This document shows, piece by piece, positions 16,789-26,137 of a DNA stretch of 64,000 nt; within the stretch, counting starts at the first letter, position 1; each line of letters opens with the position of its first letter. A program made the translations under genes and the position numbers. The DNA is from an uncultured bacterium (GTDB taxonomy: Bacteria > AUK180): the NCBI GenBank assembly GCA_937863565.1, contig CALMGJ010000030.1, forward strand, positions 1 to 64,000, in the 5' to 3' direction. Under the pieces are notes generated by a model, which saw only the letters and a program-made list of their open reading frames with translations, had not been told where the DNA came from and made no database searches.

Positions 16789-18540
16789 ATGGCACTAAAA
16801 TTAGGAGAACTCCTCGTTATTAACGGGATAATCTCGAAACAACAACTCATGGAAGCGTTGAAAATGCAAAAAGAGACCGGGAAAAAGATCGGTTCGATCC
16901 TTGTCGAACTGGGTTTCATTCCCGAAGAGATACTCTTGAAGTTTTTAACGGATAAGTTTGGCGTTTCAACGATAGACCTTAACAATTTCCATATCCCGGA
17001 CACTGTTCTAGCCCTTCTCCCGGCGGATTTCTGCAGGATCAATAACGTTATACCTGTTGATAAATACGCGGGTAATATTTCTGTGGTCATGCTTGATCCC
17101 TTTGATGAGGAAGTGAAGGAAAAGATCATGTCCATCACCGGTTTGAAGATAGAGCCGCTAGTGACCTCCGAGCATTCGCTTAGAAAAGCCATACAGAAAC
17201 ATTTTCCTCCGCCTTCCAGCGACAGTGAATATAAAACCGAGATAAACTACGGCGGGTCCTCGGCTCCCGCCGCATCCGGCGGTGATGACATTGATTCGAT
17301 ACTCGGCTTTGATAAACCCAAACCAGTTCAGCAAACTCCTCCTCCCGTTCAGCAGCAACAGCAATTCATTCAACCCCAGCAAAAAACTCAGGCGCCCAGA
17401 CCTCAGAGCAATCCCACGTTTCTCGAGGAGAGCGTGATCTCTCCGGAAGTGGAGAAACTGGAGAAACAGAACCGCATCTTAAAGGGTAAACTCGAGGAAC
17501 TGAAAGAGGATATCAATAAAATTTTGCAAAGGTTTGCAGATATCAGGGATGCCGTTTCCAAACGCTTCAAGGTGATGGACGAGTATTATAAAAAACTAAA
17601 ACCCGTAGAAGGCACATACGATACCTTTCTGAACGGGATGAAGGATTTTTACGCAAAATACAACGGCATTCTCGAGGAGATCAAACAGATCAAAGTATCC
17701 ATTTCAAGCGAAAAGAAAGACCTTACTATGGTGGTTAATACGCTGAATCAGGATAAGGCTAAACTGAAAGCGATCAAGGATGAATACGAAAGGATAGGGA
17801 ATCTCGTTGAGGAAGAACGCAAGAAGATCACCTCTTCTATCAAGGATAAACAATTGAAAGCGCTTATTAATTCCCGTCTTTTCAAGGAAACCTACCAAGG
17901 GGAGGATATCGAGGCCTTGAAGCAGGAAGCGAAAAAATTCTACGGTCAGAGCATCCTGATGAGGAATATTTTCATAGGGCTGATCGTTGTGGCGCTTGCG
18001 GCCAATGTATTCCTGATAATGACAGGCGGCTTTCCTCCGGGTCCGAAAAAGGAACCCGTGAAGAAAGAGGAGCCTGCGCCGAAACCGGCACCTGTGGAAG
18101 AACCTAAGAAAGAAACGGCCCCTGAAACGAAAACGGTTATGGTCTCCGTTGAAGAACCGAAACCGGAACCTGCCCCCGAAGTGAAACCGGAACCGGCTCC
18201 CGAACCGAAACCCGAACCCAAACCCGCGCCGAAACCGGAACCCAAGCCGGAACCGAAACCCGAACCCAAACCCGCGCCGAAACCCGCTCCGAAACCGGCG
18301 CCGAAACCGAAGGAATACGAGTATTCAGTGAAGATATTCGCTTCTGCATCAAGGGAAGACGTGGACTATATCAAGATCGAAATGCAGGGAATGGGCATAT
18401 CTAAACTCGTTCTGAAATCCGGCGGCGGTCAGTATATACTTTACTCCGGACCTTATTCGAGCAAACCCGAAGCACAGAAGGTCGCAAACCTGATACAGGA
18501 GATAGGTTATACTCCGAGCATTACTCAGTCAGAAAAATAG
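16789..18540 (+). CDS. MshEN (T2SSE_N) domain - coiled coil - TM - Pro-rich linker - SPOR domain protein
   Basis: KLGELLVINGIISKQQLMEALKMQ and KIGSILVELGFI tandem motif; one TM (IFIGLIVVALAANVFLIM); PKPE repeats; C-terminal YSVKIFAS...YSGPYSSKPEAQKV SPOR-like. No ATPase motifs. Confidence 0.75.
   Translation: MALKLGELLVINGIISKQQLMEALKMQKETGKKIGSILVELGFIPEEILLKFLTDKFGVSTIDLNNFHIPDTVLALLPADFCRINNVIPVDKYAGNISVVMLDPFDEEVKEKIMSITGLKIEPLVTSEHSLRKAIQKHFPPPSSDSEYKTEINYGGSSAPAASGGDDIDSILGFDKPKPVQQTPPPVQQQQQFIQPQQKTQAPRPQSNPTFLEESVISPEVEKLEKQNRILKGKLEELKEDINKILQRFADIRDAVSKRFKVMDEYYKKLKPVEGTYDTFLNGMKDFYAKYNGILEEIKQIKVSISSEKKDLTMVVNTLNQDKAKLKAIKDEYERIGNLVEEERKKITSSIKDKQLKALINSRLFKETYQGEDIEALKQEAKKFYGQSILMRNIFIGLIVVALAANVFLIMTGGFPPGPKKEPVKKEEPAPKPAPVEEPKKETAPETKTVMVSVEEPKPEPAPEVKPEPAPEPKPEPKPAPKPEPKPEPKPEPKPAPKPAPKPAPKPKEYEYSVKIFASASREDVDYIKIEMQGMGISKLVLKSGGGQYILYSGPYSSKPEAQKVANLIQEIGYTPSITQSEK
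18154..18310 (+). repeat. Intragenic 12-bp-period repeats encoding (P[K/E]P[E/A])n
   Basis: ccgaaaccggaa / cccaaacccgcg units. Confidence 0.85.
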
Positions 18541-19955
18541 TGAGAAAGCTCGCCGTTATCATATTCGTGCTTAGTGCGGTCGCTGCATTTTCCGCAAATT
18601 CGTGGACCGTGATGGTCTTCCTTAACGGTGATAATAATCTTGAAAGTTACGCCGTAGATGATTTTCTTGAAATCTCCGGCAGCGAGATCGATTCGTCCGT
18701 TGCCAGTATCGTGGTCCAATTCGACAGGATATCCGGGTACGATACGCGATATGACAACTGGACGACCGCGAAGATATTCAATGTTCATTCCAAGAGCATG
18801 GCGCCCTCTTCTTCCAATGCCAGCTCGGATCTGGGAGAAGTGAACATGGGAAGCCCTGAGGTCCTTTCTGATTTCATAATAAATTCCATTGTCTCTTTTC
18901 CTGCTGACAGATACGCTCTTGTGCTTTGGGATCACGGCAATTCCTGGTACCGTTCAATGAAAGCATTGGATATCAGCATTGACGATACGAACGGGTACGA
19001 TTCCATATCAGTAGGGGGCGGGGAATTAAGAAACGCTCTTGCCTCCGCCTTTGAAGTTACGGAAAAAGTTCTGGATATCATGCTCATAGATGCTTGTCTT
19101 TCCCAGACGCTCACACTATCCGGAGAAGTGCAAGGCTATGTTTCATATGTTCTGGCAAGTGAAGATTTCGTCCCGGGCGAAGGCCTTGACTATACGGAAT
19201 TCCTGAACCATATTTTCTCCTCTTCGGGAGCTATCGGCGCAGAATCCCTCGGGACTGCCGCGGTCACGGATTACTGGACGGATTATATGTTAGGTCCCGA
19301 TAATACGTTTTCACTTTTAAACCTGTCCTATTTTACGCCATTCATGACGGAGTTCGAGACTTTGACCCAGCAATTCATCGCCATGTCGAGTTACGGCTAC
19401 AGAAAATTCGTGATTGAGACCCTTGAGAGTTTTGTTTTTGACGGATATGAAAAGAACGCGGATCTTGGAGGATTTCTGGAAGAAGTGTCAACGGGCGGCG
19501 ATTATACGGGAACGACCGCGGAACTGGCCGGAGCTGCCTTGGAAGCATACGGCAACATGGTCGTTTCGGCTTCAGGGCATCTCAAGGACTATTATGCTTC
19601 AGGCGGTGATGCCACCGGCGTGACCATATATTTCGGGAACGACACATCCTATTCTGCGAGCAGGCTTTCAACTCTTTATTCGTGGGATGACTTTCTATTC
19701 TCTGAGGCGGAGAAGAACCCGTATGCATTTTTTCCCAATCCGTCAGGGGAGGAATACGTATACCTCGGCGGCCTTTTAAACGGAGATATCCTGAGCATAT
19801 ATACTATTGACGGGGAACTCCTCTACTTCAATGACCGGATCACGGATCTTGTTGAGAAGATCGATATTAAAGATTACCCTTCAGGCGTTTACGTGGCGCT
19901 CATCGTCTCCCCGGAGAACGGTATCGTCCACAGAAAGTTTGCCAAAGTGAGATGA
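18540..19955 (+). CDS. Secreted clostripain-family (C11) cysteine peptidase with T9SS-type C-terminal domain
   Basis: WTVMVFLNGDNNLE, EVNMGSPEVLSDFI, WDHG (His), IDACL (Cys), ASE; tail FFPNP...SIYTIDGEL...PSGVY...KFAKVR. Confidence 0.85.
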   Translation: MRKLAVIIFVLSAVAAFSANSWTVMVFLNGDNNLESYAVDDFLEISGSEIDSSVASIVVQFDRISGYDTRYDNWTTAKIFNVHSKSMAPSSSNASSDLGEVNMGSPEVLSDFIINSIVSFPADRYALVLWDHGNSWYRSMKALDISIDDTNGYDSISVGGGELRNALASAFEVTEKVLDIMLIDACLSQTLTLSGEVQGYVSYVLASEDFVPGEGLDYTEFLNHIFSSSGAIGAESLGTAAVTDYWTDYMLGPDNTFSLLNLSYFTPFMTEFETLTQQFIAMSSYGYRKFVIETLESFVFDGYEKNADLGGFLEEVSTGGDYTGTTAELAGAALEAYGNMVVSASGHLKDYYASGGDATGVTIYFGNDTSYSASRLSTLYSWDDFLFSEAEKNPYAFFPNPSGEEYVYLGGLLNGDILSIYTIDGELLYFNDRITDLVEKIDIKDYPSGVYVALIVSPENGIVHRKFAKVR

Positions 19956-19958
19956 CCA

Positions 19959-20309
19959 ATGAAAAGAACATTCCTTTTTTCGAAGATCCATTTAGCATGC
20001 GTTACAGCAGCCAAGGTGGATTATGAGGGCAGTATCACGATCGATAAGGAGCTCATGCGGGCGGCCGGCATAGCACCGTACGAGAAAGTACTTGTAGCGA
20101 ATACTGCCAACGGCAACCGCTTCGAAACCTATGCGATCACCGGCGGCCCGGGCGAGATCATGCTGAACGGCGCAACGGCATTCTTGGGCAAACCGGGTGA
20201 CCGCGTGATAATCTTCGCGTTCTGCCAGCTCGATCCGGGGGAGCAATCCGCGCATAAACCCGTTAAGGTGTTCGTTGACGGTGAGAACCGGATAACGAGG
20301 ATAGAATAG
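19959..20309 (+). CDS. panD: Aspartate 1-decarboxylase
   Basis: SKIH..VT, YEGSITID (Gly-Ser cleavage site), NGNRFETY, NGATA. Confidence 0.95.
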   Translation: MKRTFLFSKIHLACVTAAKVDYEGSITIDKELMRAAGIAPYEKVLVANTANGNRFETYAITGGPGEIMLNGATAFLGKPGDRVIIFAFCQLDPGEQSAHKPVKVFVDGENRITRIE

Positions 20310-20318
20310 GAGAGGAAG

Positions 20319-21215
20319 ATGATCAGGGATTTCAAGGAATTAAAGAAAGTGATAAAGGGTTCTCCGGAAAAACATACCATAGCCCTGATAGCCGCTCACG
20401 ATAAAGAACCCCTTGCGGCGATCTCTCGCGCCGTTCGGGAGAGATTATGCCGCGCAATTCTGATAGGGAACGAGAATAAGATCAAGGAGATACTGAAGGA
20501 ATTGAAAATTGACCCGCGTATATTCATGATCGAAAATTCAACTCAAGATCCGGAGTCGTTATTAAAAGGTGTGCAGGCTGTCAAGGAGAACCGGGCTGAT
20601 ATTCTGATGAAAGGGCTTGTTCCCACTCCCGATTTCATGAAAGCCATTCTGGCTAAGGAAGCCGAATTAAGAACGGGACGTCTGATCTCGCATCTATTCA
20701 TATTCGAGAACCGGTTTTCCCGTAAGCTTACGATATTGACGGACGGCGGAATGGTCCCTTATCCCGACTATCAGGAGAAGTGCCAGATCCTGGAGAACGG
20801 AGTCCTATTTGCCCGCAAGATGCGGTTAGAAAAGATCAAGATATCGATGATCTCGGCCAGCGAGAAACCTACGGATAAAATACCCTCAACGATCGACTTC
20901 GATAAAATGAAAAAAGAGATCACATATCCTGACGCAGTGCTAGGAGGGCCATATGGGATAGATGTCGCCATCTCCCGCGCTTCCGCCGTCCATAAAGGCA
21001 TAGAAAGTGAAACGGCCGGCGATTCGGATATATGGCTGATGCCGAATATCGAGGCGGGCAATATGGCGGCGAAATCGATCCTCTATTTCGGGCATACGAA
21101 AAGCGGAGGGATCATGACCGGTGTCCGCGTACCGGTGATACTGCTTTCCAGAGCGGACGATGCAGCAACAAAATACAATTCGATTATGCTGGGAATACTC
21201 TCAGCAGGGAGTTAA
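20319..21215 (+). CDS. Phosphate acyltransferase (phosphate butyryltransferase-like)
   Basis: ADILMKGLV, LISHL, TDGGM, GPYGIDVAIS, PNIEAGN..AKS, PVILLSRAD. Confidence 0.88.
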   Translation: MIRDFKELKKVIKGSPEKHTIALIAAHDKEPLAAISRAVRERLCRAILIGNENKIKEILKELKIDPRIFMIENSTQDPESLLKGVQAVKENRADILMKGLVPTPDFMKAILAKEAELRTGRLISHLFIFENRFSRKLTILTDGGMVPYPDYQEKCQILENGVLFARKMRLEKIKISMISASEKPTDKIPSTIDFDKMKKEITYPDAVLGGPYGIDVAISRASAVHKGIESETAGDSDIWLMPNIEAGNMAAKSILYFGHTKSGGIMTGVRVPVILLSRADDAATKYNSIMLGILSAGS

Positions 21216-21216
21216 T

Positions 21217-21642
21217 ATGAGAAGGATCCTTTTTGGGGTTATGGCAGCGATCTTCATGATATGGAGTTCAGGCGTTTACTGCCTTGGCAGCAGCAAGGAC
21301 ATCAAACTGGCGGAACCTTCGATCGCAAATACAGAGAACGGAACTGTTGCCGATACTGAAGTTAAAACACAAGAACCTGTTAAGACGGAGAAAAAGGCGG
21401 AAGAAATCAAGGATCAAGGAAAGGGTAAAGACCAGAAAAAGGACGATGTCCCCGATATCCCCGCAGAATGGGGCAAACTGATCAATGCGGAGCTCGTAAA
21501 GGACACAGGCTATCTTGTAATGTATTTCCAGGATGAACAGATGAAGATCAGAGTGGCGATATTCGAAATGGGAAAGAAAGTCAAGCTGTACAAGCTGGTA
21601 GTCTTCGAAAGAGGCACAGAAGAGATAGAAAAAACCCAATAG
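21217..21642 (+). CDS. Hypothetical exported protein
   Basis: ATG 21217 after SD GGGAG; signal-peptide-like N-terminus; IPAEWGKLI motif. Confidence 0.65.
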   Translation: MRRILFGVMAAIFMIWSSGVYCLGSSKDIKLAEPSIANTENGTVADTEVKTQEPVKTEKKAEEIKDQGKGKDQKKDDVPDIPAEWGKLINAELVKDTGYLVMYFQDEQMKIRVAIFEMGKKVKLYKLVVFERGTEEIEKTQ

Positions 21643-22170
21643 ATGGACAGGATAATAGAATTTCTTTCCTCGAAAGGGCTGATGCCCGAAACGATCGTTG
21701 CCGTAATATCAATGCTTCCCGTATTCGAACTGAGAGGAGGCATTCCTGTCGGGATCCTGGCCTTTAAAATGGGCATGCTTCATACTGCCGTTTATTCGAT
21801 ACTGGGAAATCTTATCCCATTGCCTTTCATACTGGAATTCTTCAAACCTGTCAGTGAATTCTTCGAGAGGACGAACAGGGGTAATAATTTCATCGCATAT
21901 CTGAGGCGCCGGGCTGCTTCACGATCAAAGATCGTTGAAAAGTGGGGCTATATCGGTCTTATGCTCTTCGTTGCCATCCCATTGCCCGGGTCCGGCCTAT
22001 GGACGGGTTCGCTCATTGCATTTTTTCTGAATATGTCGCCTAAAAAGGCTTTCGTATACATCGTGTTTGGTGTTCTGATCGCGGCAATCGCAGTTCTGCT
22101 GTTGACTTACTTGATAAAGATTGGTATAATACAAAATACCGGAATATTTGTGAAAAAAGTCGGGGTGTAG
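21643..22170 (+). CDS. Small multidrug export family membrane protein (COG2426-like)
   Basis: SMLPVFELRGGIP and LFVAIPLPGSGLWTG motifs. Confidence 0.85.
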   Translation: MDRIIEFLSSKGLMPETIVAVISMLPVFELRGGIPVGILAFKMGMLHTAVYSILGNLIPLPFILEFFKPVSEFFERTNRGNNFIAYLRRRAASRSKIVEKWGYIGLMLFVAIPLPGSGLWTGSLIAFFLNMSPKKAFVYIVFGVLIAAIAVLLLTYLIKIGIIQNTGIFVKKVGV

Positions 22171-22236
22171 CGCAGTGGCTAGCGCGCTTGGTTCGGGACC
22201 AAGAAGTCGCTGGTTCAAATCCAGCCACCCCGACCA
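22161..22236 (+). tRNA. tRNA-Pro(CGG)
   Basis: CGGGGTG/CACCCCG acceptor stem, anticodon arm CTTGG-TTCGGGA-CCAAG, T-loop TTCAAAT, encoded CCA. Confidence 0.96.
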
Positions 22237-22256
22237 TTTTAAAAATGGAGAAGAGT

Positions 22257-22715
22257 ATGTATAAGGTAATCGCGGTAATCGGCAACAGTGTCCCTCTTGA
22301 GGAATATGAAACAATAGCATATGAACTGGGCGGCCTGATCGCCGAGAGGAACTGGGTGCTCATGACGGGCGGCCTGGGCGGCGTTATGGAAAAGGCCTGC
22401 AAGGGTGCCAAAGAAAAGAAGGGACTGACGATAGGCATTCTTCCAGGTGCCGATAAAAAGGAAGCGAATAAATACGTGGATATTCCGGTGATAACGGCTA
22501 TGCAGCAGGCTCGCAATGCGATAATCGTTCGCAGCGCGGATGTGATCGTAGCCGTCGGCGGAGGGCTTGGTACGCTTTCCGAAATAGCCATGGCCCTGAA
22601 GATAAACAAACCCGTGATCACGGTAAGTTCCTGGGATGTTGACGATAAGCTCATCAAGGCCCACGACGCTCAATCCGCGGTGGATGAGATCGAGAAGATC
22701 CTCTCAAAGAAATAG
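22257..22715 (+). CDS. LOG-family (TIGR00725-like) Rossmann-fold protein
   Basis: IAVIG, TGGLGGVME..CKGA, GILPG, ARN, GGGLGTLSEI. Start at 22257 (SD GGAG) or 22245. Confidence 0.87.
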   Translation: MYKVIAVIGNSVPLEEYETIAYELGGLIAERNWVLMTGGLGGVMEKACKGAKEKKGLTIGILPGADKKEANKYVDIPVITAMQQARNAIIVRSADVIVAVGGGLGTLSEIAMALKINKPVITVSSWDVDDKLIKAHDAQSAVDEIEKILSKK

Positions 22716-23431
22716 TGACAAAAAGATTATTATTTGCAGCATTAACGGCATTTTTCGCCTCTTGTTCATTTATCGGCAGATCCTGTCTTCAGGAAGCAGA
22801 ACCTGTTCATCCGGCAGAAGACCAGCCTGCCTCTTATGAACTGCATACTGTAAAAAAGGGAGAGACGCTCTACGGCTTGAGCAGGAAATACGGCGTGCCT
22901 CTCGAGCAGATCGCCGAGCTCAACGGGATAGAGGATGCATCCCGCATCGCAGCGGGTGCGGAATTGAAGATCCCCGGTATTTCGAAGAAAAAGAAGCAAA
23001 CGGTACCTGTTCCTGTTCCCGGGAACACGAATGGCGAGAACTCACCGGGAGGGACCTTTCTTGAATCCTGGCCGCTGGAGACCGCAGCTAGGGACAAGGT
23101 CGTAAGGAAGTTCGGAAGGATATACGATCCCGTTCTGCAGGTGTTCACGAACAATAACGGCATAGATATCAATGCGGGCGATTCCGCCGTGCTGGCGGTG
23201 GCGGAAGGTGAAATAGCCTATTTCGATTTCATTAAAGGTCTGGGGACCGTTATCGGCATTAAATTAAAAGACGAGTACTACGCATTTTATTCACCGCTTT
23301 ACAAGATCGATGTGTCCAAAGACCAGAAGGTGAAGAAAGGGTCTCTTCTGGGATATGCCCAGTCCGGGATACTCCATTTCGAAATACGAAAAGGCTCCTC
23401 CCCTCTAAATCCTCTTTTGTTCCTTCCGTAG
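22715..23431 (+). CDS. LysM + degenerate M23 lipoprotein (NlpD-like)
   Basis: Lipobox-like FASC; HTVKKGETLYGLSRKYGV LysM; NNGIDI (no His) and LHFEIR; directly upstream of an RpoS-like sigma factor. Confidence 0.8.
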   Translation: MTKRLLFAALTAFFASCSFIGRSCLQEAEPVHPAEDQPASYELHTVKKGETLYGLSRKYGVPLEQIAELNGIEDASRIAAGAELKIPGISKKKKQTVPVPVPGNTNGENSPGGTFLESWPLETAARDKVVRKFGRIYDPVLQVFTNNNGIDINAGDSAVLAVAEGEIAYFDFIKGLGTVIGIKLKDEYYAFYSPLYKIDVSKDQKVKKGSLLGYAQSGILHFEIRKGSSPLNPLLFLP

Positions 23432-23436
23432 GCGCC

Positions 23437-24777
23437 ATGAATTTCCAGGATGTTCTTTTCAAATTATTCCTTAAGGAAATAAGGGAATATGACCGCCTTA
23501 CCCCGGAACAGGAAAAGAGCATATTCGGCGAATACTCCGTATCGCATGACGATAAACTTAAGAAAAAACTTATCCTTCATAATATGAGGCTCGTTATCGC
23601 GCTTGCCGTAAAATACTTCGGAAAACCCGGGATCAGCAAATTGGATATAGTTTCGGAAGGAGTACTCGGCCTTTCGACCGCCATCCAGCATTTTGATCCG
23701 GCAAAGAATTGCCGTTTTTCGACATATGCCGTTTTCTGGATCGAGGCTTATATTGAAAAATACATCTACGAGAATATGCGCATCGTGAGGATCCCTCAGA
23801 ATGTTCTAGAAGCAAGGTTGAGGATCATCGAATTCAAAAGGAATTTCCTGTCCACGGAGGGAAGAACGCCTAATGTGTCCGAGATAGCCGAACACTTTGG
23901 GACGAGCGAGGATAAGATCATGAAAACATACGACCTCCCCGGCGAATTCTCTACCGATTGGCAGCCGGACGAGGATTCGGATGATTTCATCAATTATCTG
24001 AAGGACATTGAAAGCGGATTTTATGATGATGATCCTCTTAAAAAAGAGAAAGTAAGAACATTGAAGGGGATCATCACCGGCCTTAAGGAGAACTACAGAA
24101 CTGCGCTGATGCTGAGATTCAGTCTTGACGATGACGGGCTTCCGCGCACTTTCGAGGAAGTCGGCCAGATCATGGGGCTTACTAAGGAACGCGTAAGGCA
24201 ATTGATCAATAAGGGCATTGAGATGATCAGAAGACAATACTATAATAATAAGGAGTGGCTCATGGAAGATCTGAAAAGTTATATCAGGGATGTTCCTGAT
24301 TTCCCGAAACCCGGGATCGTTTTTAAGGATATTACGACTCTGGTCAAGAATCCTGCTGCGCTCAAGATGGCCATCGATGAAATGAAGAAGAAGACTAACA
24401 AACTTCATTTCAATAAGATCGCCGGAATCGAATCGAGAGGTTTTATTTTCGGTTCGATCCTCGCCTATAAACTCAATATACCGTTCGTTCCGGTAAGGAA
24501 AAAGGGGAAATTACCCGCGGATACGGTTAGTGAAACATACTCTCTGGAATACGGCACCGATACACTTGAAATGCACCGGGATGCGATAAGCGAGAAGGAC
24601 AGATTCCTGATCGTAGATGATCTTCTGGCGACCGGAGGCACGGTCTCCGCAGTAAGAAAGATGATAGAAAAGAACGGAGCCGCGGTTGAAGGTGCATTAT
24701 TCCTGATTGAACTCGATTTTCTTGAAGGCAGAAAACAGCTTGACAATTTAAAGATTTTTTCTATAATAAACTATTAG
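23437..24777 (+). CDS. RpoS-like sigma-70 factor read in frame into adenine phosphoribosyltransferase (fusion ORF)
   Basis: Regions 1.2/2/3/4 (NMRLVIALA, FDPAKNCRFSTYAVFWI, RTFEEVGQIMGLTKERVRQ) over about 270 aa; no stop before the apt ATG. Confidence 0.85.
   Translation: MNFQDVLFKLFLKEIREYDRLTPEQEKSIFGEYSVSHDDKLKKKLILHNMRLVIALAVKYFGKPGISKLDIVSEGVLGLSTAIQHFDPAKNCRFSTYAVFWIEAYIEKYIYENMRIVRIPQNVLEARLRIIEFKRNFLSTEGRTPNVSEIAEHFGTSEDKIMKTYDLPGEFSTDWQPDEDSDDFINYLKDIESGFYDDDPLKKEKVRTLKGIITGLKENYRTALMLRFSLDDDGLPRTFEEVGQIMGLTKERVRQLINKGIEMIRRQYYNNKEWLMEDLKSYIRDVPDFPKPGIVFKDITTLVKNPAALKMAIDEMKKKTNKLHFNKIAGIESRGFIFGSILAYKLNIPFVPVRKKGKLPADTVSETYSLEYGTDTLEMHRDAISEKDRFLIVDDLLATGGTVSAVRKMIEKNGAAVEGALFLIELDFLEGRKQLDNLKIFSIINY
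24218..24255 (+). promoter_or_regulatory. Internal sigma70 promoter and RBS for apt
   Basis: TTGAGA(24218)-17 nt-TATAAT(24241); AAGGAG at 24250-24255; ATG 24262. Confidence 0.7.
24262..24777 (+). CDS. apt: Adenine phosphoribosyltransferase (independently startable)
   Basis: IRDVPDFPKPGIVFKDIT, GIESRGF, VRKKGKLP, YSLEYG, IVDDLLATGGT. Confidence 0.95.
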   Translation: MEDLKSYIRDVPDFPKPGIVFKDITTLVKNPAALKMAIDEMKKKTNKLHFNKIAGIESRGFIFGSILAYKLNIPFVPVRKKGKLPADTVSETYSLEYGTDTLEMHRDAISEKDRFLIVDDLLATGGTVSAVRKMIEKNGAAVEGALFLIELDFLEGRKQLDNLKIFSIINY

Positions 24778-24785
24778 AAGAAGAT

Positions 24786-24858
24786 GCCCTGGTAGCTCAG
24801 TGGATAGAGCGACGGATTCCTAATCCGCAGGTCAGAGGTTCAACTCCTCTCCAGGGTA
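24786..24858 (+). tRNA. tRNA-Arg(CCT), CCA not encoded
   Basis: GCCCTGG/CCAGGGT acceptor, D-arm GCTCAGTGGATAGAGC, anticodon loop TTCCTAA, T-arm AGAGG-TTCAACT-CCTCT. Confidence 0.93.
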
Positions 24859-24865
24859 TGCTTTT

Positions 24866-26137
24866 TCATGTCTTCATTCTCTTTTTCTGTGTCGCGGGGA
24901 ACAGCACATTGTTGAGTATCAGACGGTATCCCGGCGAGTTCCTGTAAAATTGGACATTAACGGGCGGGTCCCCGATCTTATGGGCGAAATCTTCGGGATC
25001 GTGTCCTCCGTAATATGTGCAGAAACCTTTTCCGTATCCCGTATAAACGTATTTAGCCCTTTTCAGGTCTTTCAGAAAGCCCATTATCACGACCGTATCT
25101 TTAATGAATCTCATATCGAAAGTGGATGTTTGTCCCATAAATCCGTGGATCAGTTTTGCATGATTCTGGCACAGCATCGTAGGTATCGGGTCCTGCTTTG
25201 CGGAGAAATCGAACAGGAAAAAATCTTCTTTTCCGCTTTGAGGGGTCGCCGAATAATCTGAAATGTCGATATTCGAGAATTCGTAAATATCCGGATTTTC
25301 AACAATATTGAATCCCGTGAACACAAAAGGCAAAGACAGATCAAGGCGGTTCTTATAATCACCGGCGACCGGTGTGCCGTCGAATTCCTGCGGAACGATA
25401 TCGGTATGCACTGCGCTAAGCGCGATATCAAGCGAATCCGTTGCTGAACACATTGCGAATAGGAAACCGCCCTCCGAAACAAAGGAAGCGATCCTGGCTG
25501 AAACATCGCGGAACATCTCCCGCACGCTGTCATAGCCCTTTTCCTTTGCCTTTCGATTGAGCCAGTTCCTGTGATCGATGTACCATTTGGCTGTTTTATA
25601 GGCTCCATAGAATTTCCCGAACTGGCCCGTGAAATCTTCATGGTGAAGATGGAGCCATTCAATCCCTTCCAGGCCGCCGCCGAGCACTTCATCGATATAG
25701 ATCTTCTTGAACTCTATCTCCGCGTATTCAAGAACAAGGATAACCGCATCATCCCAGGGTTCGTCCGAAATGCCCGGGTCATTACTTTCAAGAGGAGTGA
25801 ATACGGCGATCTTTGGGGCTTTTTCGAGGTACACTATCTCCATATTCTCCTGCTCGATGAACTCTTTCGTCGAAACGAATTCGGATTCTGTCATGAGAAG
25901 AGTTGTGATCTTCCGGGCCGCACAGTAGTCCGCTATAAACGCGGTCTCCGGGAAGATGAAACTGCCTCCCTTGTAATTAAGTGCCCAAATGACCTTACCG
26001 CCTCTTTCCTTAAGATAATTATAAACGGCCCCGTAGGCTTTCAGATGGTCATATTGGACATCCATAGGAATCATAAGATAATCGCAGGAAATGATGCTAA
26101 GAATGAGAATGGCGAGTAAAAGTGATATTCTTTTCAT
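24866..26137 (-). CDS. Conserved exported protein of unknown function, possible GATase-like fold (family often labelled 'asparagine synthetase B')
   Basis: IPMD.Q..HLKAYG, PWDDAV, LHLHHEDFTGQ.GKF, FAMCSATD, GHDPED, NSPGYRLILNN; start moved to ATG 26137, giving a signal peptide. Confidence 0.7.
   Translation of the reverse strand: MKRISLLLAILILSIISCDYLMIPMDVQYDHLKAYGAVYNYLKERGGKVIWALNYKGGSFIFPETAFIADYCAARKITTLLMTESEFVSTKEFIEQENMEIVYLEKAPKIAVFTPLESNDPGISDEPWDDAVILVLEYAEIEFKKIYIDEVLGGGLEGIEWLHLHHEDFTGQFGKFYGAYKTAKWYIDHRNWLNRKAKEKGYDSVREMFRDVSARIASFVSEGGFLFAMCSATDSLDIALSAVHTDIVPQEFDGTPVAGDYKNRLDLSLPFVFTGFNIVENPDIYEFSNIDISDYSATPQSGKEDFFLFDFSAKQDPIPTMLCQNHAKLIHGFMGQTSTFDMRFIKDTVVIMGFLKDLKRAKYVYTGYGKGFCTYYGGHDPEDFAHKIGDPPVNVQFYRNSPGYRLILNNVLFPATQKKRMKT

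Noticed and set aside
21997..22657. ORFs crossing tRNA-Pro, and the 22188 start for the LOG gene
   Set aside because: They translate tRNA sequence; the real start lies after the tRNA.
22715..23431. Active M23 endopeptidase
   Set aside because: Zn-binding HxxxD/HxH motifs are degenerate, as expected for NlpD-type activators; not novel.
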